Source: a candidate division TM6 bacterium GW2011_GWF2_28_16 (GTDB lineage Bacteria > Babelota > Babeliae > Babelales > UASB340). Taken from it: 64,000 nt of DNA. A program made the translations under genes and the position numbers. Under the pieces are notes generated by a model that was given only the letters and a program-made list of their open reading frames with translations, had not been told where the DNA came from and did no database searches. Positions 25,273 through 36,296 of the stretch are shown here, in pieces. The stretch lies in the NCBI GenBank assembly GCA_000989185.1, contig LBNX01000003.1:33704-97703 (forward strand). Reading direction: 5' to 3'. Within the stretch, counting starts at the first letter, position 1. Each line of letters opens with the position of its first letter.

Positions 25273-26958
25273 TTAAAAAATAGGCTCAAATTCGCAGTTT
25301 TTTGGTTTTGGTAAGTTTAATATTTTTGCAACTGTTGCAGGTAGTTGTGGTATCCATACTCTATTTTTAAATTTTTTATGTTCAAAAACACCTGGTTGAT
25401 AAATTATTAATGGAACATGCGTATTAAATTTACTACCAGTTCTATGCCCTGTACCATATTTTTCTTCAGCAACTGTAGAATATTTATTTGGTATGATAAT
25501 TATGTGACCAGATCTTTTTAGATATATTTGATTTTTATAAAAGTTTTCAACAGAGCTAAACTTAAAATTACCATTTAGTAATTCTTGATCTGTATAAACT
25601 TTGCTTACTCCTGGCTTGGAGCGTATTATTTTTTTAATATTTTTAAATAAGCTATTTTTAGTATCTACTGGAATTTTGTTTAGTTCTTTAACGTTTAAAT
25701 ATAGTTGGCATGATTTAATTTCGTAAACAATATTATTTATATTATATTTAGTTTTTATTTTATTATTGATTTCAGCTTTGAGTTCATTTGCTTTTATAAC
25801 ATGTGCATCGTAACCGCGTTTTTTGCTTATTTTTACTAATGGTTGTATGCCATGATCTGCTGTTAAAATAAATAATATATTTTTTTCGCCAATTTTTTTA
25901 TTAATAAAATTTGTAAATTCTTTTATTTGATGGTCTAGGTGGTAAATCATGTCTATAGCTTCTATGCTATCTGGACCGTATGTATGACCTAAATAATCTA
26001 ACGGAGAAAGTGAAATCCATAAAAGCATTGGTTTTATGGGTTTTGTATTATCAAAATTTTTTTCTATACATGTTTTACTTAAATCAAGTAATACTTTATT
26101 TGCTAAAGGTGTTTTAATAAATTCACTATATTCAGGGTATTCGTAAATATTTTTTTTAAAATAATCTTTTAAATATTTATTTGAAATTAATGTTTTATTA
26201 TCTTGAACATATTTATAATGTGTTTTTTTATGAAAATCTATATAGTCAAAATTGTAATATTTAGTTTTGCTATTTATTGTATATAAATATTTATTATGTA
26301 ATTTATAAAATAACTCCCATTTATAATTTTTTATAATATTATCAAGGTTATAATTTGCATTAAAATCTTGAACCCATTCTGGTATTTCATTAAAAAAAGC
26401 TTTAGATGTTGTAAAAATTCCTGTTTTATCATCAAACCAAATAGGATTGCCAGACGCACCAGACATACCAATAGATGCTCTAGATTTTAGTGATATAGAA
26501 TATGTTTTATAATCTGGATATTTTTTTGTAAATTCATAAGTAAGCCCTGAGCACATAGTATTTTTAGCACTTTTACCGTAATTTTGTAGTTTGTTCTCTG
26601 GACCAAAAACTAAAGAATTTTGTGAATCATCTTGATCACTTTTTACTTTTTGATATTCCGGGGTTATCCAAGCATTATTTATTATTCCATGATCGCGAGC
26701 AAAAGCTCCTGTGTTTAATGCTGTATGCCCGGTTGCTGTAGCTGGCGTTCCATGAGGATGATGCGCGTTTCTGCAAGTAATACCATTCTTTAGTAAATCT
26801 TTAAATGCATAATTAAAATTTTCATTTAATTTTTCTATATAATTATAAGCAAACTGATCTATTACCATTATTATAGTTAAGTCTGGTATATTGCTAAAAA
26901 TATTTAAACTAAAAATTAAATTTAATAATAATATTTTAATAAATAAAGATGTTTTCAT
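25273..26958 (-). CDS. Secreted alkaline-phosphatase-superfamily enzyme (PafA/NPP-like)
   Basis: 561 aa with a signal peptide. The metal/nucleophile region is VIDQF...GTPATATGHTALNTGAFARDHGIINNAW, with a distal ADHG. Confidence 0.6.
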   Translation of the reverse strand: MKTSLFIKILLLNLIFSLNIFSNIPDLTIIMVIDQFAYNYIEKLNENFNYAFKDLLKNGITCRNAHHPHGTPATATGHTALNTGAFARDHGIINNAWITPEYQKVKSDQDDSQNSLVFGPENKLQNYGKSAKNTMCSGLTYEFTKKYPDYKTYSISLKSRASIGMSGASGNPIWFDDKTGIFTTSKAFFNEIPEWVQDFNANYNLDNIIKNYKWELFYKLHNKYLYTINSKTKYYNFDYIDFHKKTHYKYVQDNKTLISNKYLKDYFKKNIYEYPEYSEFIKTPLANKVLLDLSKTCIEKNFDNTKPIKPMLLWISLSPLDYLGHTYGPDSIEAIDMIYHLDHQIKEFTNFINKKIGEKNILFILTADHGIQPLVKISKKRGYDAHVIKANELKAEINNKIKTKYNINNIVYEIKSCQLYLNVKELNKIPVDTKNSLFKNIKKIIRSKPGVSKVYTDQELLNGNFKFSSVENFYKNQIYLKRSGHIIIIPNKYSTVAEEKYGTGHRTGSKFNTHVPLIIYQPGVFEHKKFKNRVWIPQLPATVAKILNLPKPKNCEFEPIF

Positions 26959-27127
26959 GAAAATCCCCCCCTAATAATTTTATATGTTTATTTTAACGAT
27001 ATATTGTAGCAATATTTCTAGTTGAAAATAAATAAATTTAATTTTATTAATAATTTTAGCTATATTTATATTGTTTAAGCTAAAAAATCATTTGCGAGAA
27101 TTTTCTTTTTTGATAGTATTATGCTTT

Positions 27128-27174
27128 CCTCGTTGTCGTAAATTATAGTAAAGACGGCGAGGGTTCTTTTTTTT
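27128..27174 (+). promoter_or_regulatory. Terminator-like hairpin inside the 5' leader of the first NTT gene (candidate attenuator)
   Basis: CCTCGTTGTC-(15 nt)-GACGGCGAGG forms a 10-bp stem with two G:U pairs, followed by gttcTTTTTTTT. It sits 48 nt before the ATG. The upstream gene is divergent, so this does not terminate anything. Confidence 0.4.
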
Positions 27175-27221
27175 AAATAAAAGTTTTTTATATAATATTA
27201 TTATTTTTTATAGGAGACCCT

Positions 27222-28574
27222 ATGTTTTTTCGTATTATCAAGTTTTTTTGGCCAGATTTATCTAATGAAGAGATAAAAAAATATGGAATGCTTTCCATGG
27301 CTTTCTTTTTCATTATTGGAGCATACTGGTTATTGCGCCCATTAAAAGATGGTTTCTTTTTTAGTGCAGTAGGTGGAAAATATCAACCAACAGCAAAAAT
27401 GCTTTCAGTTCTTATTGTTGGTATTTTGGTAATGGTTTATTCAAAGCTTGTAGATATAGTCGAGAAACATAAATTATTTTATATTTTGGGTTCTATATAT
27501 ACAGTTTTGTTTGCAATAGTTGCTTACGTAGTAAACTTCCCAGTTGAAGGACCGGGCGCTTTAAACCCATCAATCTTAAGATTTTTTGGTTGGGCTTCTT
27601 ACTTTATTATAGAAAGTTTTGGTTCTATAGTAGTTGCACTTTTTTGGTCTTTTACTGCTAGCGTTTCTGATGCTAAATCTGCAAAAAAAGGTTATTCATT
27701 AGTTATAGCCGGTGCTCAAATTGGCGCAATATTTGGACCCTTTATGGCAACATATGCAAAAAGCTGGGGTTTAATGCCGTTATTTTTAATTGGTACAGTT
27801 TCTATAATGCTTATGATGTTTATCATAAACCGTTTTATGGCTGTAACTCCAAAAGAACAATTAGAAATAAATAAACAAGAAGTTAAATCTGAATCTGCTC
27901 CAAAAACAGGCTTTTTAGAAGGTTTAAAACTTTTATTAACAAGACCATATTTATTAGGAATATTTGCAGTAGTTACAATTTATGAAGTTGTTGGAACTAT
28001 TGTTGACTATCAAATGAAGATGCAAGCACAAGCATTGCCTCAGTATGCATCAAGAGAATCTTTAACAGCATTCTTGGGTGTATTTGGTATGTCTGCAAAT
28101 GCATTAGCATTCTTTATGGCTCTTTTAGGTACAGGTTATATGATGAAAAAACTTGGCCTAAGATTTTGTTTATTAACATTCCCTATTGTTTTGGGTCTTG
28201 CTGTTGCTGGTTTATATGCTGCATATACTTGGGGTCATTTTAATCCAATGATGCTATTGTGGGCAACCTTTGGTGTTATGATGATTGCAAAAGGTTTAAG
28301 CTATGCATTAAATAATCCTGCAAAAGAAATGATGTATATTCCAACAAGTAAAGATGTAAAATTCAAATCTAAAGGTTGGATTGATATGTTTGGCTCAAGA
28401 AGCTCAAAAGCTGTTGGTGCAGCATTTACCGATTCATTAAAAGGTAATGCATATAATTTAATGGCTTATGGAACAATTTTATCTTTAGGCTTTATTGGTG
28501 TTTGGATTGTTGTTGCATTCTTTGTAAGCAATAAATTTGAACGTCTTACAGCAGAAGGCAAAATTGTTGAATAA
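27222..28574 (+). CDS. NTT/Tlc-family nucleotide (ATP/ADP) antiporter, paralog 1
   Basis: 450 aa and polytopic. The blocks LLRPLKDGFFF, ESFGSIVVALFWSF...SAKKGY and NNPAKEMMYIP...KFKSKGWIDMFG match Chlamydia/Rickettsia Npt/Tlc proteins as I remember them. Confidence 0.75.
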   Translation: MFFRIIKFFWPDLSNEEIKKYGMLSMAFFFIIGAYWLLRPLKDGFFFSAVGGKYQPTAKMLSVLIVGILVMVYSKLVDIVEKHKLFYILGSIYTVLFAIVAYVVNFPVEGPGALNPSILRFFGWASYFIIESFGSIVVALFWSFTASVSDAKSAKKGYSLVIAGAQIGAIFGPFMATYAKSWGLMPLFLIGTVSIMLMMFIINRFMAVTPKEQLEINKQEVKSESAPKTGFLEGLKLLLTRPYLLGIFAVVTIYEVVGTIVDYQMKMQAQALPQYASRESLTAFLGVFGMSANALAFFMALLGTGYMMKKLGLRFCLLTFPIVLGLAVAGLYAAYTWGHFNPMMLLWATFGVMMIAKGLSYALNNPAKEMMYIPTSKDVKFKSKGWIDMFGSRSSKAVGAAFTDSLKGNAYNLMAYGTILSLGFIGVWIVVAFFVSNKFERLTAEGKIVE

Positions 28575-28607
28575 GATAAATAAATATAATTTTATTTAAA
28601 ATTTTTA

Positions 28608-28638
28608 AGACCGGCATAACTTGCCGGTCTTTTTTTTA
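28608..28638 (+). terminator. Rho-independent terminator between the two NTT paralogs
   Basis: AGACCGGCA-taac-TTGCCGGTCT followed by T8. Confidence 0.7.
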
Positions 28639-28728
28639 TTTAAAATTTTAAATTTATTTTGTATGCTATACTTTCTTCTTGTAAAAAGGTAATTATTTAA
28701 TAACAAATAATACGAAAGTGTAGAGTTT

Positions 28729-30075
28729 ATGTTTACACGATTTTTTAAATTTTTCGGTAAAGATTTAAGTAGTAAAGAAGTTGAAAAATTTAGTCTTCTT
28801 GCTTTAGCATTTTTTTTTACAGTTGGTGGCTACTGGCTTTTAAAAACATTAAAAGACGGTTTCTTTTTTAATGTCGTTGGTGGTCAATTTCAGCCTAGAG
28901 CAAAAATGCTCTCACTTGTTGTTATTTCTATATTAGTACTTGTTTATAGTAAACTTGTAGATATATTTCATAGACATCAATTATTTTATATTTTTGGAAC
29001 TTTTTTTGCAGTTTTTTTTGCACTTGTATCAATATCTTTGGCTTTACCTGTGCATAGTTTTGGCCCGGCTTATTTGCAATATATAAAAATTTTAGGATGG
29101 GCTTCGTACGTTATGGTCGAAAGCTTTGGATCTATTATGATTGCATTATTCTGGTCTTTTGTAACAAGTATTACAGATACAGAATCTGCAAAGCGTGGTT
29201 ATTTTTTAATTGTTGCAGGCGCTCAACTTGGTGCAATATTTGGTCCCTTTTTATCTTGGAATGCTAAATTTTTTGGATTACCAATATTGTTCGCTATGGC
29301 AACAGCATGCATATTAGCTTTAATTTTAGTCATAAAAAAATTTATTTCAGTTACTCCACAAGAAGAACTTATTGGAGGTAAACAAGATATAAGACCTCAG
29401 GAAAAGACAGGCTTTTGGCAAGGTTTAAAACTTATTACAACCAAACCATATTTATTTGGGATTTTATTATTAGTTATTTTTTATGAAACAGTTACAACTA
29501 TAGTTGATTATCAAATGAAAATTCTAGCACAAGCATTACCTGAGTATGCAACTAAAGAAGCTTTGACATCTTTTATGGGTATATTTGGTATGGCGACCAA
29601 TGGTTTATCTTTATTAATGGCTCTTTTTGGTACAGGTTATTTAATTAAAAAATTTGGGTTACGTTTTTGTTTGTTGGCATTTCCGGTTGCTGTAGGGTTT
29701 GCTATAGCTGCATTATATGGAGTTATTAAATTAGATTTTTTAACTACTCAAAGTATGTTATGGGCAACTTTTACAGTTGTAATTATAGCCAAAGGCTTAA
29801 GTTATGCTCTTAATAATCCTGCAAAAGAGGTTATGTATATTCCAACAAGTAGAGACGCTAAATTTAAAGCTAAAGGTTGGATAGATATGTTTGGTGCCAG
29901 AGGTGCTAAAGCAATAGGTTCTGGGTTTAATGAATATTTAATTAGAACTCCAGATGTTTTATTATATCTTGGTTCTATTTTGTCTTTGGGTTTAATAGGT
30001 ATATGGATTATAGTGGCTCTTCTTGTGGGTAATAAATTTAATAGATTAATAAAAAACAATCAGATAGTCGGATAA
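28729..30075 (+). CDS. NTT/Tlc-family nucleotide antiporter, paralog 2
   Basis: 448 aa, colinear with paralog 1 (LLKTLKDGFFF, ESFGSIMIALFWSF...SAKRGY, NNPAKEVMYIP...KFKAKGWIDMFG). Confidence 0.75.
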   Translation: MFTRFFKFFGKDLSSKEVEKFSLLALAFFFTVGGYWLLKTLKDGFFFNVVGGQFQPRAKMLSLVVISILVLVYSKLVDIFHRHQLFYIFGTFFAVFFALVSISLALPVHSFGPAYLQYIKILGWASYVMVESFGSIMIALFWSFVTSITDTESAKRGYFLIVAGAQLGAIFGPFLSWNAKFFGLPILFAMATACILALILVIKKFISVTPQEELIGGKQDIRPQEKTGFWQGLKLITTKPYLFGILLLVIFYETVTTIVDYQMKILAQALPEYATKEALTSFMGIFGMATNGLSLLMALFGTGYLIKKFGLRFCLLAFPVAVGFAIAALYGVIKLDFLTTQSMLWATFTVVIIAKGLSYALNNPAKEVMYIPTSRDAKFKAKGWIDMFGARGAKAIGSGFNEYLIRTPDVLLYLGSILSLGLIGIWIIVALLVGNKFNRLIKNNQIVG

Positions 30076-30146
30076 AGCTTGTTTTTATTATTTGACAAAG
30101 AGATATATGGCCGTATAATTAAGGCGTAATTGAATTTAGTTTTTAT

Positions 30147-30223
<77 letters not shown>

Positions 30224-30233
30224 AAAGAAAATT

Positions 30234-31007
30234 ATGTACCCAAAATTATTACACATTTTTGGTCCAATATGGATCCACAGTTACGGAACAATGATAGCTG
30301 TGGGTTTTTTATTTTTTGTTTATTTTCTCTATAAAAATCCAAAAAGAATACAATTAATATCTGACGAAAAATTTTTAAATTTATTATTTATAGGACTTAC
30401 TTCTGGAATAATTGGAGGTAGGCTTATTTTTGTTATATACGACTGGGAATTATTTCGAGATAATTTTTGGCAAGTATTTTACCCGTGGGTTGGTGGATTT
30501 GGAATATTGGGTTCTGTTATTGGTGTTTTGTTTTCTTGTTATATATTTTTAAAAAAAAATAAAATAAATTTTTTAAAAATATTTGATCTTGTTGGTGTTT
30601 ATGCAGCATTATTAGAGGGTTTTGGACGTATAGGTTGTTTTTTGGCAGGGTGTTGTTATGGCAAAATAGCTGATGCTAGCTGTACATGCTCTGTTGTATT
30701 TAAAAATCCAGAAGGTCTTGCGCCGCTAAATATACCATTACATCCAACACAGTTATATTCAAGCTTGGCTTCATTTTTAATATTTTTAATTATTTATTTT
30801 AGATCTAAATATTTTTCTTATAAAAATGGTGAAATTATATTTAGTTATTTATTATTGTTTAGTTTGTCGCGAATTATTATAGATTTTTTTAGAGGCGATA
30901 GAGATTTTGTTAATAATTTTTATTTACTTTCTTATTATCAACTAATAGCGATTGTTGTTTTTATTGTTTCGCTTATATCTATAATTTACATTCGAATTAA
31001 AAAATAA
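30234..31007 (+). CDS. lgt: Prolipoprotein diacylglyceryl transferase
   Basis: 257 aa and polytopic. The motifs are IHSYGTMIAVGF, GGRL, GRIGCFLAGCCYG and HPTQLY. Confidence 0.85.
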   Translation: MYPKLLHIFGPIWIHSYGTMIAVGFLFFVYFLYKNPKRIQLISDEKFLNLLFIGLTSGIIGGRLIFVIYDWELFRDNFWQVFYPWVGGFGILGSVIGVLFSCYIFLKKNKINFLKIFDLVGVYAALLEGFGRIGCFLAGCCYGKIADASCTCSVVFKNPEGLAPLNIPLHPTQLYSSLASFLIFLIIYFRSKYFSYKNGEIIFSYLLLFSLSRIIIDFFRGDRDFVNNFYLLSYYQLIAIVVFIVSLISIIYIRIKK

Positions 31008-31012
31008 ATTTT

Positions 31013-32797
31013 ATGCCAATATTTAGTTTTTTAAAATCAAATCTTTCTATTTTAGATTTAATATCAGAATATGTACCGTTAAAACAAGCTGGTAATTATT
31101 GGAAAGGCCCTTGTCCTTTTCATTATGAAAAAGAAGCTTCTTTTACAGTGAGTCCTGATAAGCAAATTTTTTATTGTTTTGGATGCCATGCTAAAGGCGA
31201 TTTGATTTCTTTTGTTGCAAAAAAAGAAAATTTGTCACAGGTAGAAGCAGCAAAGTATCTTATAGATAAATATCAAATAGAATTACCAGAACAAATAAAA
31301 GAAAATTTTTCCAAAAATTTTAATACAAATTTAAATGAAAAAAATAATTATTTTAATGCTTGTAAATTTTTTGCTAATTGGTTGCACGAAAAATTAATCG
31401 AAACGCCAGATGCATTTAATTATTTGGTTAACAGAAATATAAATAAACAAGATATAGAATATTTTAAAATAGGTTATTTTCCTGGAGGGGTCAGAAATAT
31501 TGGTAATTTACTAAAAATGGCTAGTAATTCAGGGTTAATGGCAAAAGATTTTATAGATGCCGGTATTTTGGTTCAAAATAATTCTGTTATTTATTCGCCA
31601 TTTGAAGAGAGAATAATTTTCCCAATTTATGATATTATGTCGCGTTGTGTTGGCTTTGGAGGACGTGTTTTTAGAATTGGTGATGATAGGGCCAAATATT
31701 ATAACAGTAAAGAATCGCTCTGGTTTTTAAAGGGTAAATTATTATTTGGTTTGGATATAGCAAAACAATATATGCAAGAAAAAAAACATGCATTTTTAGT
31801 CGAAGGTTATACAGACTGTGTTGCTATGGCAAAATATGGGTATAAAAATGTTGTCGCAACGCTTGGTACAGCTTGTACTGTTGAACATTTACGCTTAATT
31901 TCTAGATATGTTGATACTGTTTATGTTTTGTATGATGGCGATAATGCTGGTCAAAATGCTATGTTGCGTTTAACGCAATTGTGTTGGGATGTAGATTTAG
32001 AATTAAAAATAATAAAATTGCCTGCAAAACAGGACCCTGCAGATTTTTTGATATCTGGAGGAAATTTAGATTTATTAGTAGAAAGTGCAGATACTGTATT
32101 TGAGTTTTTTATAGATAGTACTAGTAGTAATTTTTTAAGTTTGACATTATCAGAGCAAATGACTGCAGGACGTAGTATTTTAAGTTTAATAGCCAAAATA
32201 GATGATTCTTTAAAACGTGAAATTTTGATAAATAGAGCTGCAAAACACCTTGGAATACAGGCAACAACAATTACGAGCATGGTTTTTGAAGAAAAATCTA
32301 AGTTTATTGCTAATATTCAAGATAATAATATTACTAATAATAAATATATTAAGCCAAGCGAACAGCAAAAAACGGGTTTAAGTATACCCATTTTGGAGGA
32401 ACGCATTTTTTCTGCTATAATAAACAGCTTTGATGGGGCAGATATATTCTTTGTTCCGGGTTATTTGATAGAATATTTTTCTAAAGATATTCAGTTATTA
32501 TTAAAAATAGTTGGTGATTTTATCGCTAGCACTGAATTACAGAAAAATTTTGACTCATTTATAAATACTGTTGACCCAGAGTACAAAGATTGGTTAATAG
32601 CTTGTAGTCTAAAATACGAACCTATGAAAACCAAAGAAGCATTTGATGATCTTGTTGCTATTTTTTTTAAAAAAAATTGGAAAGAAATAGTACAAGATGT
32701 AAAAAGTAAAATGCAAAAGGCAAAAAGCGAAGGTAATGAAGAACGAGTTAAAGATTTATTAAATTTATTTACCCAGCTTAAAAGGGGGTTAATATGA
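31013..32797 (+). CDS. dnaG: DNA primase
   Basis: It has the Zn ribbon [13 protein letters not shown]...CFGCHAKGD and the TOPRIM motifs EGYTDC and YDGDNAG. Confidence 0.92.
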   Translation: MPIFSFLKSNLSILDLISEYVPLKQAGNYWKGPCPFHYEKEASFTVSPDKQIFYCFGCHAKGDLISFVAKKENLSQVEAAKYLIDKYQIELPEQIKENFSKNFNTNLNEKNNYFNACKFFANWLHEKLIETPDAFNYLVNRNINKQDIEYFKIGYFPGGVRNIGNLLKMASNSGLMAKDFIDAGILVQNNSVIYSPFEERIIFPIYDIMSRCVGFGGRVFRIGDDRAKYYNSKESLWFLKGKLLFGLDIAKQYMQEKKHAFLVEGYTDCVAMAKYGYKNVVATLGTACTVEHLRLISRYVDTVYVLYDGDNAGQNAMLRLTQLCWDVDLELKIIKLPAKQDPADFLISGGNLDLLVESADTVFEFFIDSTSSNFLSLTLSEQMTAGRSILSLIAKIDDSLKREILINRAAKHLGIQATTITSMVFEEKSKFIANIQDNNITNNKYIKPSEQQKTGLSIPILEERIFSAIINSFDGADIFFVPGYLIEYFSKDIQLLLKIVGDFIASTELQKNFDSFINTVDPEYKDWLIACSLKYEPMKTKEAFDDLVAIFFKKNWKEIVQDVKSKMQKAKSEGNEERVKDLLNLFTQLKRGLI

Positions 32798-35157
32798 AAA
32801 AAATTAACAAAAACGTAAAAAAAATAAACACAAAAAATAAACACAAAAAAACTTTAAGCAAAAAAACTTCTAGTAAAAAAATTAGTGGGTCCCGAATTAA
32901 ACATGGGATAGCAAAAAAAAGTGTAAAGGGTAGGGTAAAAGTGAAGACAAAAAAAACAATATTGAAAAAGGTAGTTGGAAAAATAAAAAGTAGTGTTAAA
33001 ACTATTTTAAAAAGAAAAACTAAGCCAGCAACTGTTCAAATTAATAAAAAGAGTAGTGCTAAAATAGTTGCTACAAAAAAACCTGTATTAAAAAAAATAG
33101 AAAATAAAAAAAATCAGGTTAAAAGTGTTGCAACTAAGCCTGTTAATGTTTCTGTAAATAAAAAGATTATAGTCAAAAGTTTGCCCGAAAAACAAATGAC
33201 AGTTAAAGCTATACCTGTAAAGGTTGAGCCTGTTAAACCTGAACCAGTTAAAACTTTGCCAGTTAAGCAAGAGCAAGAAATTAAAATTTCTGAAAAAATA
33301 AATAAACAAAAAACAAAAAAAGTTGTAGAAAAAAAAGAAAAGAAAGAAAAAAGTTATTCTTTGTCAGATATTAATAGCAAAGTTAAAATATTATTACAAA
33401 AAGGTAAACGTTCAGGTGTTTTAAGTATAGAGGAAGTAGCTGTTTTTTCTAGAAAATATAGATTAACAGAAGAGAGTGTAAATGAACTTTTGCATATGTT
33501 TGAAAAAGAAGATATAGATTTACTTTCTAAAGAAGAATTAGATGCACAATCAGAAGGCTTACAGGTATTTTCCAAAGAAGACGAAAAAAGTTTGCCGGTA
33601 GATCTTAAATCTTTAGAATCGGGATCTTTTTCTGCTGATACATACGAAGAAAAGGGCACAGAAAAATTAAGATCTTTAGCCGAACCTTCTCAATTAAATG
33701 ATCCTGTAAAATTATATTTAAAAGAAATAGGTAAAATACCATTATTAAATAAGGCAACAGAAACTGTTATTGCAACTGATATTGCTCAAAGTAAAGCAAA
33801 ATCAATTGATTCTATAGCACATTTTCCTTTTGTGGTAAAAGATTTACTTTCTTTTGAAGAGAGATTACAAAAAGATCCATTAATATTAAAAGATTTAATA
33901 CAGTTTTCGGACTTTGATGCTGACAATTCGCCTAGATTTGAAGAAGAAAAGAAAAACTTTTTAAAAAGTATAGGCAATTTAAAAAAACTTGTAGAAAAAG
34001 AAGAAGAAATTTATAAAACATATAGAAGTAAATTAGGTAATGAATCAGCAAAAGCCGAGATGCTTTCGCTTGTTGAAAAAAATAAAGAAGAGAGAATTGA
34101 ATTAATAAAAAGTATTAAACTTGCTAACAAATTAATTTATAAACTTGGTAAAAAAATAGAAAAAATTGTTAGTAAAATTAGAGAACGTGAAGATGAAATT
34201 AAATCTGTAGAAGAAAAATTAAAGTTTTATAAAAATATTAAAAATCCAACAGAGCAAGATTTAAAATTTACTGAAGAATTAGAAAATCAAATTAGAACTG
34301 CAAACAAAATTATTAAAAAAAGTGAAGGTGAAGCTGGTATTTCTTTAGATAAAATAAATAAATACTATAAACAGTTTGTGGTTGCTCAACGAAAAGATAA
34401 ATTAGCAAAAGATGATCTTGCAAGAGCAAATTTACGCCTTGTTGTTAATATTGCAAAAAAATATATAAATAGAGGCTTACACTTTTTGGATTTAATTCAA
34501 GAGGGTAATATTGGTTTATTAAAAGCTGTAGAAAAATTTGAATTTGAACGAGGATTTAAATTTTCTACATATGCAACATGGTGGATAAGACAGGCTATAA
34601 CAAGAGCTATTGCAGATCAATCTAGAACAATTCGTGTTCCTGTGCATATGGTTGAAACATTAAGTAAGATTAATAAAATTACAAGAACTTATATGCAAGA
34701 ACAGGGCCGAGAACCTTCTTATGCAGAACTTGCTAAAGAATTAAATTTAGACGAAAAGAAAATAAAAAATATTATTAAGATATCAAAAGAGCCTGTATCT
34801 TTAGAAACGCCTGTTGGAGACAGCGAAGATATTTATCTTAAAGATTTTATTGAAGATGAAAATGAATATACTCCAATGGATGCAGTTGTAAATGATGATC
34901 TTAAAGAAAAAGTTCGTGAAGTTTTAAAATCTTTAACACCTAGAGAAGAAAAAGTGTTAAAAATGCGTTTTGGAATAGACGTTGCTTCTGAACATACATT
35001 AGAAGAAGTAGGAAAAGATTTTTCTGTTACTCGTGAGCGTATAAGACAGATCGAAGTCAAAGCATTAAGAAAATTAAGACATCCATCAAGAAGTAAAAGA
35101 TTACAAAGCTTTTTTGATAAAGAATATGATATGTCAGGTGCTGACGGTATAGAGTAA
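32794..35157 (+). CDS. rpoD: Primary sigma factor (sigma-70 family) with ~190-aa lysine-rich N-terminal extension
   Basis: Regions 2-4 are present ([27 protein letters not shown]; [18 protein letters not shown]). ATGA overlaps the dnaG stop. The N-terminus is K/P/V-rich. Confidence 0.92.
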   Translation: MKKINKNVKKINTKNKHKKTLSKKTSSKKISGSRIKHGIAKKSVKGRVKVKTKKTILKKVVGKIKSSVKTILKRKTKPATVQINKKSSAKIVATKKPVLKKIENKKNQVKSVATKPVNVSVNKKIIVKSLPEKQMTVKAIPVKVEPVKPEPVKTLPVKQEQEIKISEKINKQKTKKVVEKKEKKEKSYSLSDINSKVKILLQKGKRSGVLSIEEVAVFSRKYRLTEESVNELLHMFEKEDIDLLSKEELDAQSEGLQVFSKEDEKSLPVDLKSLESGSFSADTYEEKGTEKLRSLAEPSQLNDPVKLYLKEIGKIPLLNKATETVIATDIAQSKAKSIDSIAHFPFVVKDLLSFEERLQKDPLILKDLIQFSDFDADNSPRFEEEKKNFLKSIGNLKKLVEKEEEIYKTYRSKLGNESAKAEMLSLVEKNKEERIELIKSIKLANKLIYKLGKKIEKIVSKIREREDEIKSVEEKLKFYKNIKNPTEQDLKFTEELENQIRTANKIIKKSEGEAGISLDKINKYYKQFVVAQRKDKLAKDDLARANLRLVVNIAKKYINRGLHFLDLIQEGNIGLLKAVEKFEFERGFKFSTYATWWIRQAITRAIADQSRTIRVPVHMVETLSKINKITRTYMQEQGREPSYAELAKELNLDEKKIKNIIKISKEPVSLETPVGDSEDIYLKDFIEDENEYTPMDAVVNDDLKEKVREVLKSLTPREEKVLKMRFGIDVASEHTLEEVGKDFSVTRERIRQIEVKALRKLRHPSRSKRLQSFFDKEYDMSGADGIE

Positions 35158-35165
35158 TTTTTATA

Positions 35166-36296
35166 ATGAAAATAGTTCATGTTATAACTAGTTTAAAAAT
35201 AGGCGGGGCCGAATCGGCCCTGCTTAATTTTTTAAGAGCAGATTTAAACTCTGGGCATGAGCATTATGTTGCTTATTTTTACCCTGGGCCAAATCTTGAA
35301 AAAATAAAAAATTTGGGTATAAAAACTTTTTGTGTATCAGGTCTTTTTAGTAAATACGATCTTTTTGCTTATTTAAAATTAAAAAAAATTATTAAAAATA
35401 TAAATCCGGATATAATTCATAGTTCTTTATGGCTTGCTAATTTTTATTCTAAATTTATAGCGAAATCTTTAAATATTCCTATAGTTTGTGATTTACATAG
35501 TAATTTTTTACACGATGGTAAATTGCGTAAATATCTTGAGTATTTTAATATATTAAATGCAAACAAATATATAGCTGTATCTAACAATGTAAAAACAGGT
35601 TTTCTTGAAACTTTTAAAAGTTTCAAACATAAGCTCGAAAAAAAAATTATAGTTATTAATAATGGGATTAATATAAATAATATAATTAATAATAATTTAA
35701 ATAATATAACAAAAGAGAGTTTGGGTTTTGGCAAAAGTGATTTTATAGTTGGTGCTGTTGGGCGACTTGAGCCCATAAAGTTATATAATATATTAATTAA
35801 TGCTATTTCTGTTTGTAATAAAAATAAATATAATAATATAAAATTATGTCTAGTAGGATCTGGTTCGCAAGAGCAAGAGCTTAAAAAATTAAGTATAAAA
35901 CTTGGGCAAGCAAAAAATATATTTTTTGCTGGGAGTACAGATAATCCATATATATATTATAAACTATTTAATTGCTTTGTGATTTCATCTAAAAGTGAAG
36001 GTTTATCTATATCTTTATTAGAGGCTATGGCTTTTGGGTTGCCTATTATAAGTACAGTTTATGAAAAAAAACATGAAGTATTACAAGATAAAATTACGGG
36101 TCTTTTAGTAAAACCAGGTGATATTTACGCTATGGCTAATGCCATACAAAATATCTATCAAGATAAAATTATAGCTGAAAGAATAGGTGCTGCCTGTGCT
36201 GCTTTGGTTGAAAAAAATTACTCAATAAATACAGTTAAAGATAGTTATCATAAAATTTTTAAGCAAACTTATTTAGAGCGCGAAAAGATAGTTTAA
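35166..36296 (+). CDS. Family 4-type glycosyltransferase
   Basis: 376 aa. It has KIVHVITSLKIGGAE at the N-terminus and EGLSISLLEAMAFGLPII (E-x7-E). Confidence 0.75.
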   Translation: MKIVHVITSLKIGGAESALLNFLRADLNSGHEHYVAYFYPGPNLEKIKNLGIKTFCVSGLFSKYDLFAYLKLKKIIKNINPDIIHSSLWLANFYSKFIAKSLNIPIVCDLHSNFLHDGKLRKYLEYFNILNANKYIAVSNNVKTGFLETFKSFKHKLEKKIIVINNGININNIINNNLNNITKESLGFGKSDFIVGAVGRLEPIKLYNILINAISVCNKNKYNNIKLCLVGSGSQEQELKKLSIKLGQAKNIFFAGSTDNPYIYYKLFNCFVISSKSEGLSISLLEAMAFGLPIISTVYEKKHEVLQDKITGLLVKPGDIYAMANAIQNIYQDKIIAERIGAACAALVEKNYSINTVKDSYHKIFKQTYLEREKIV

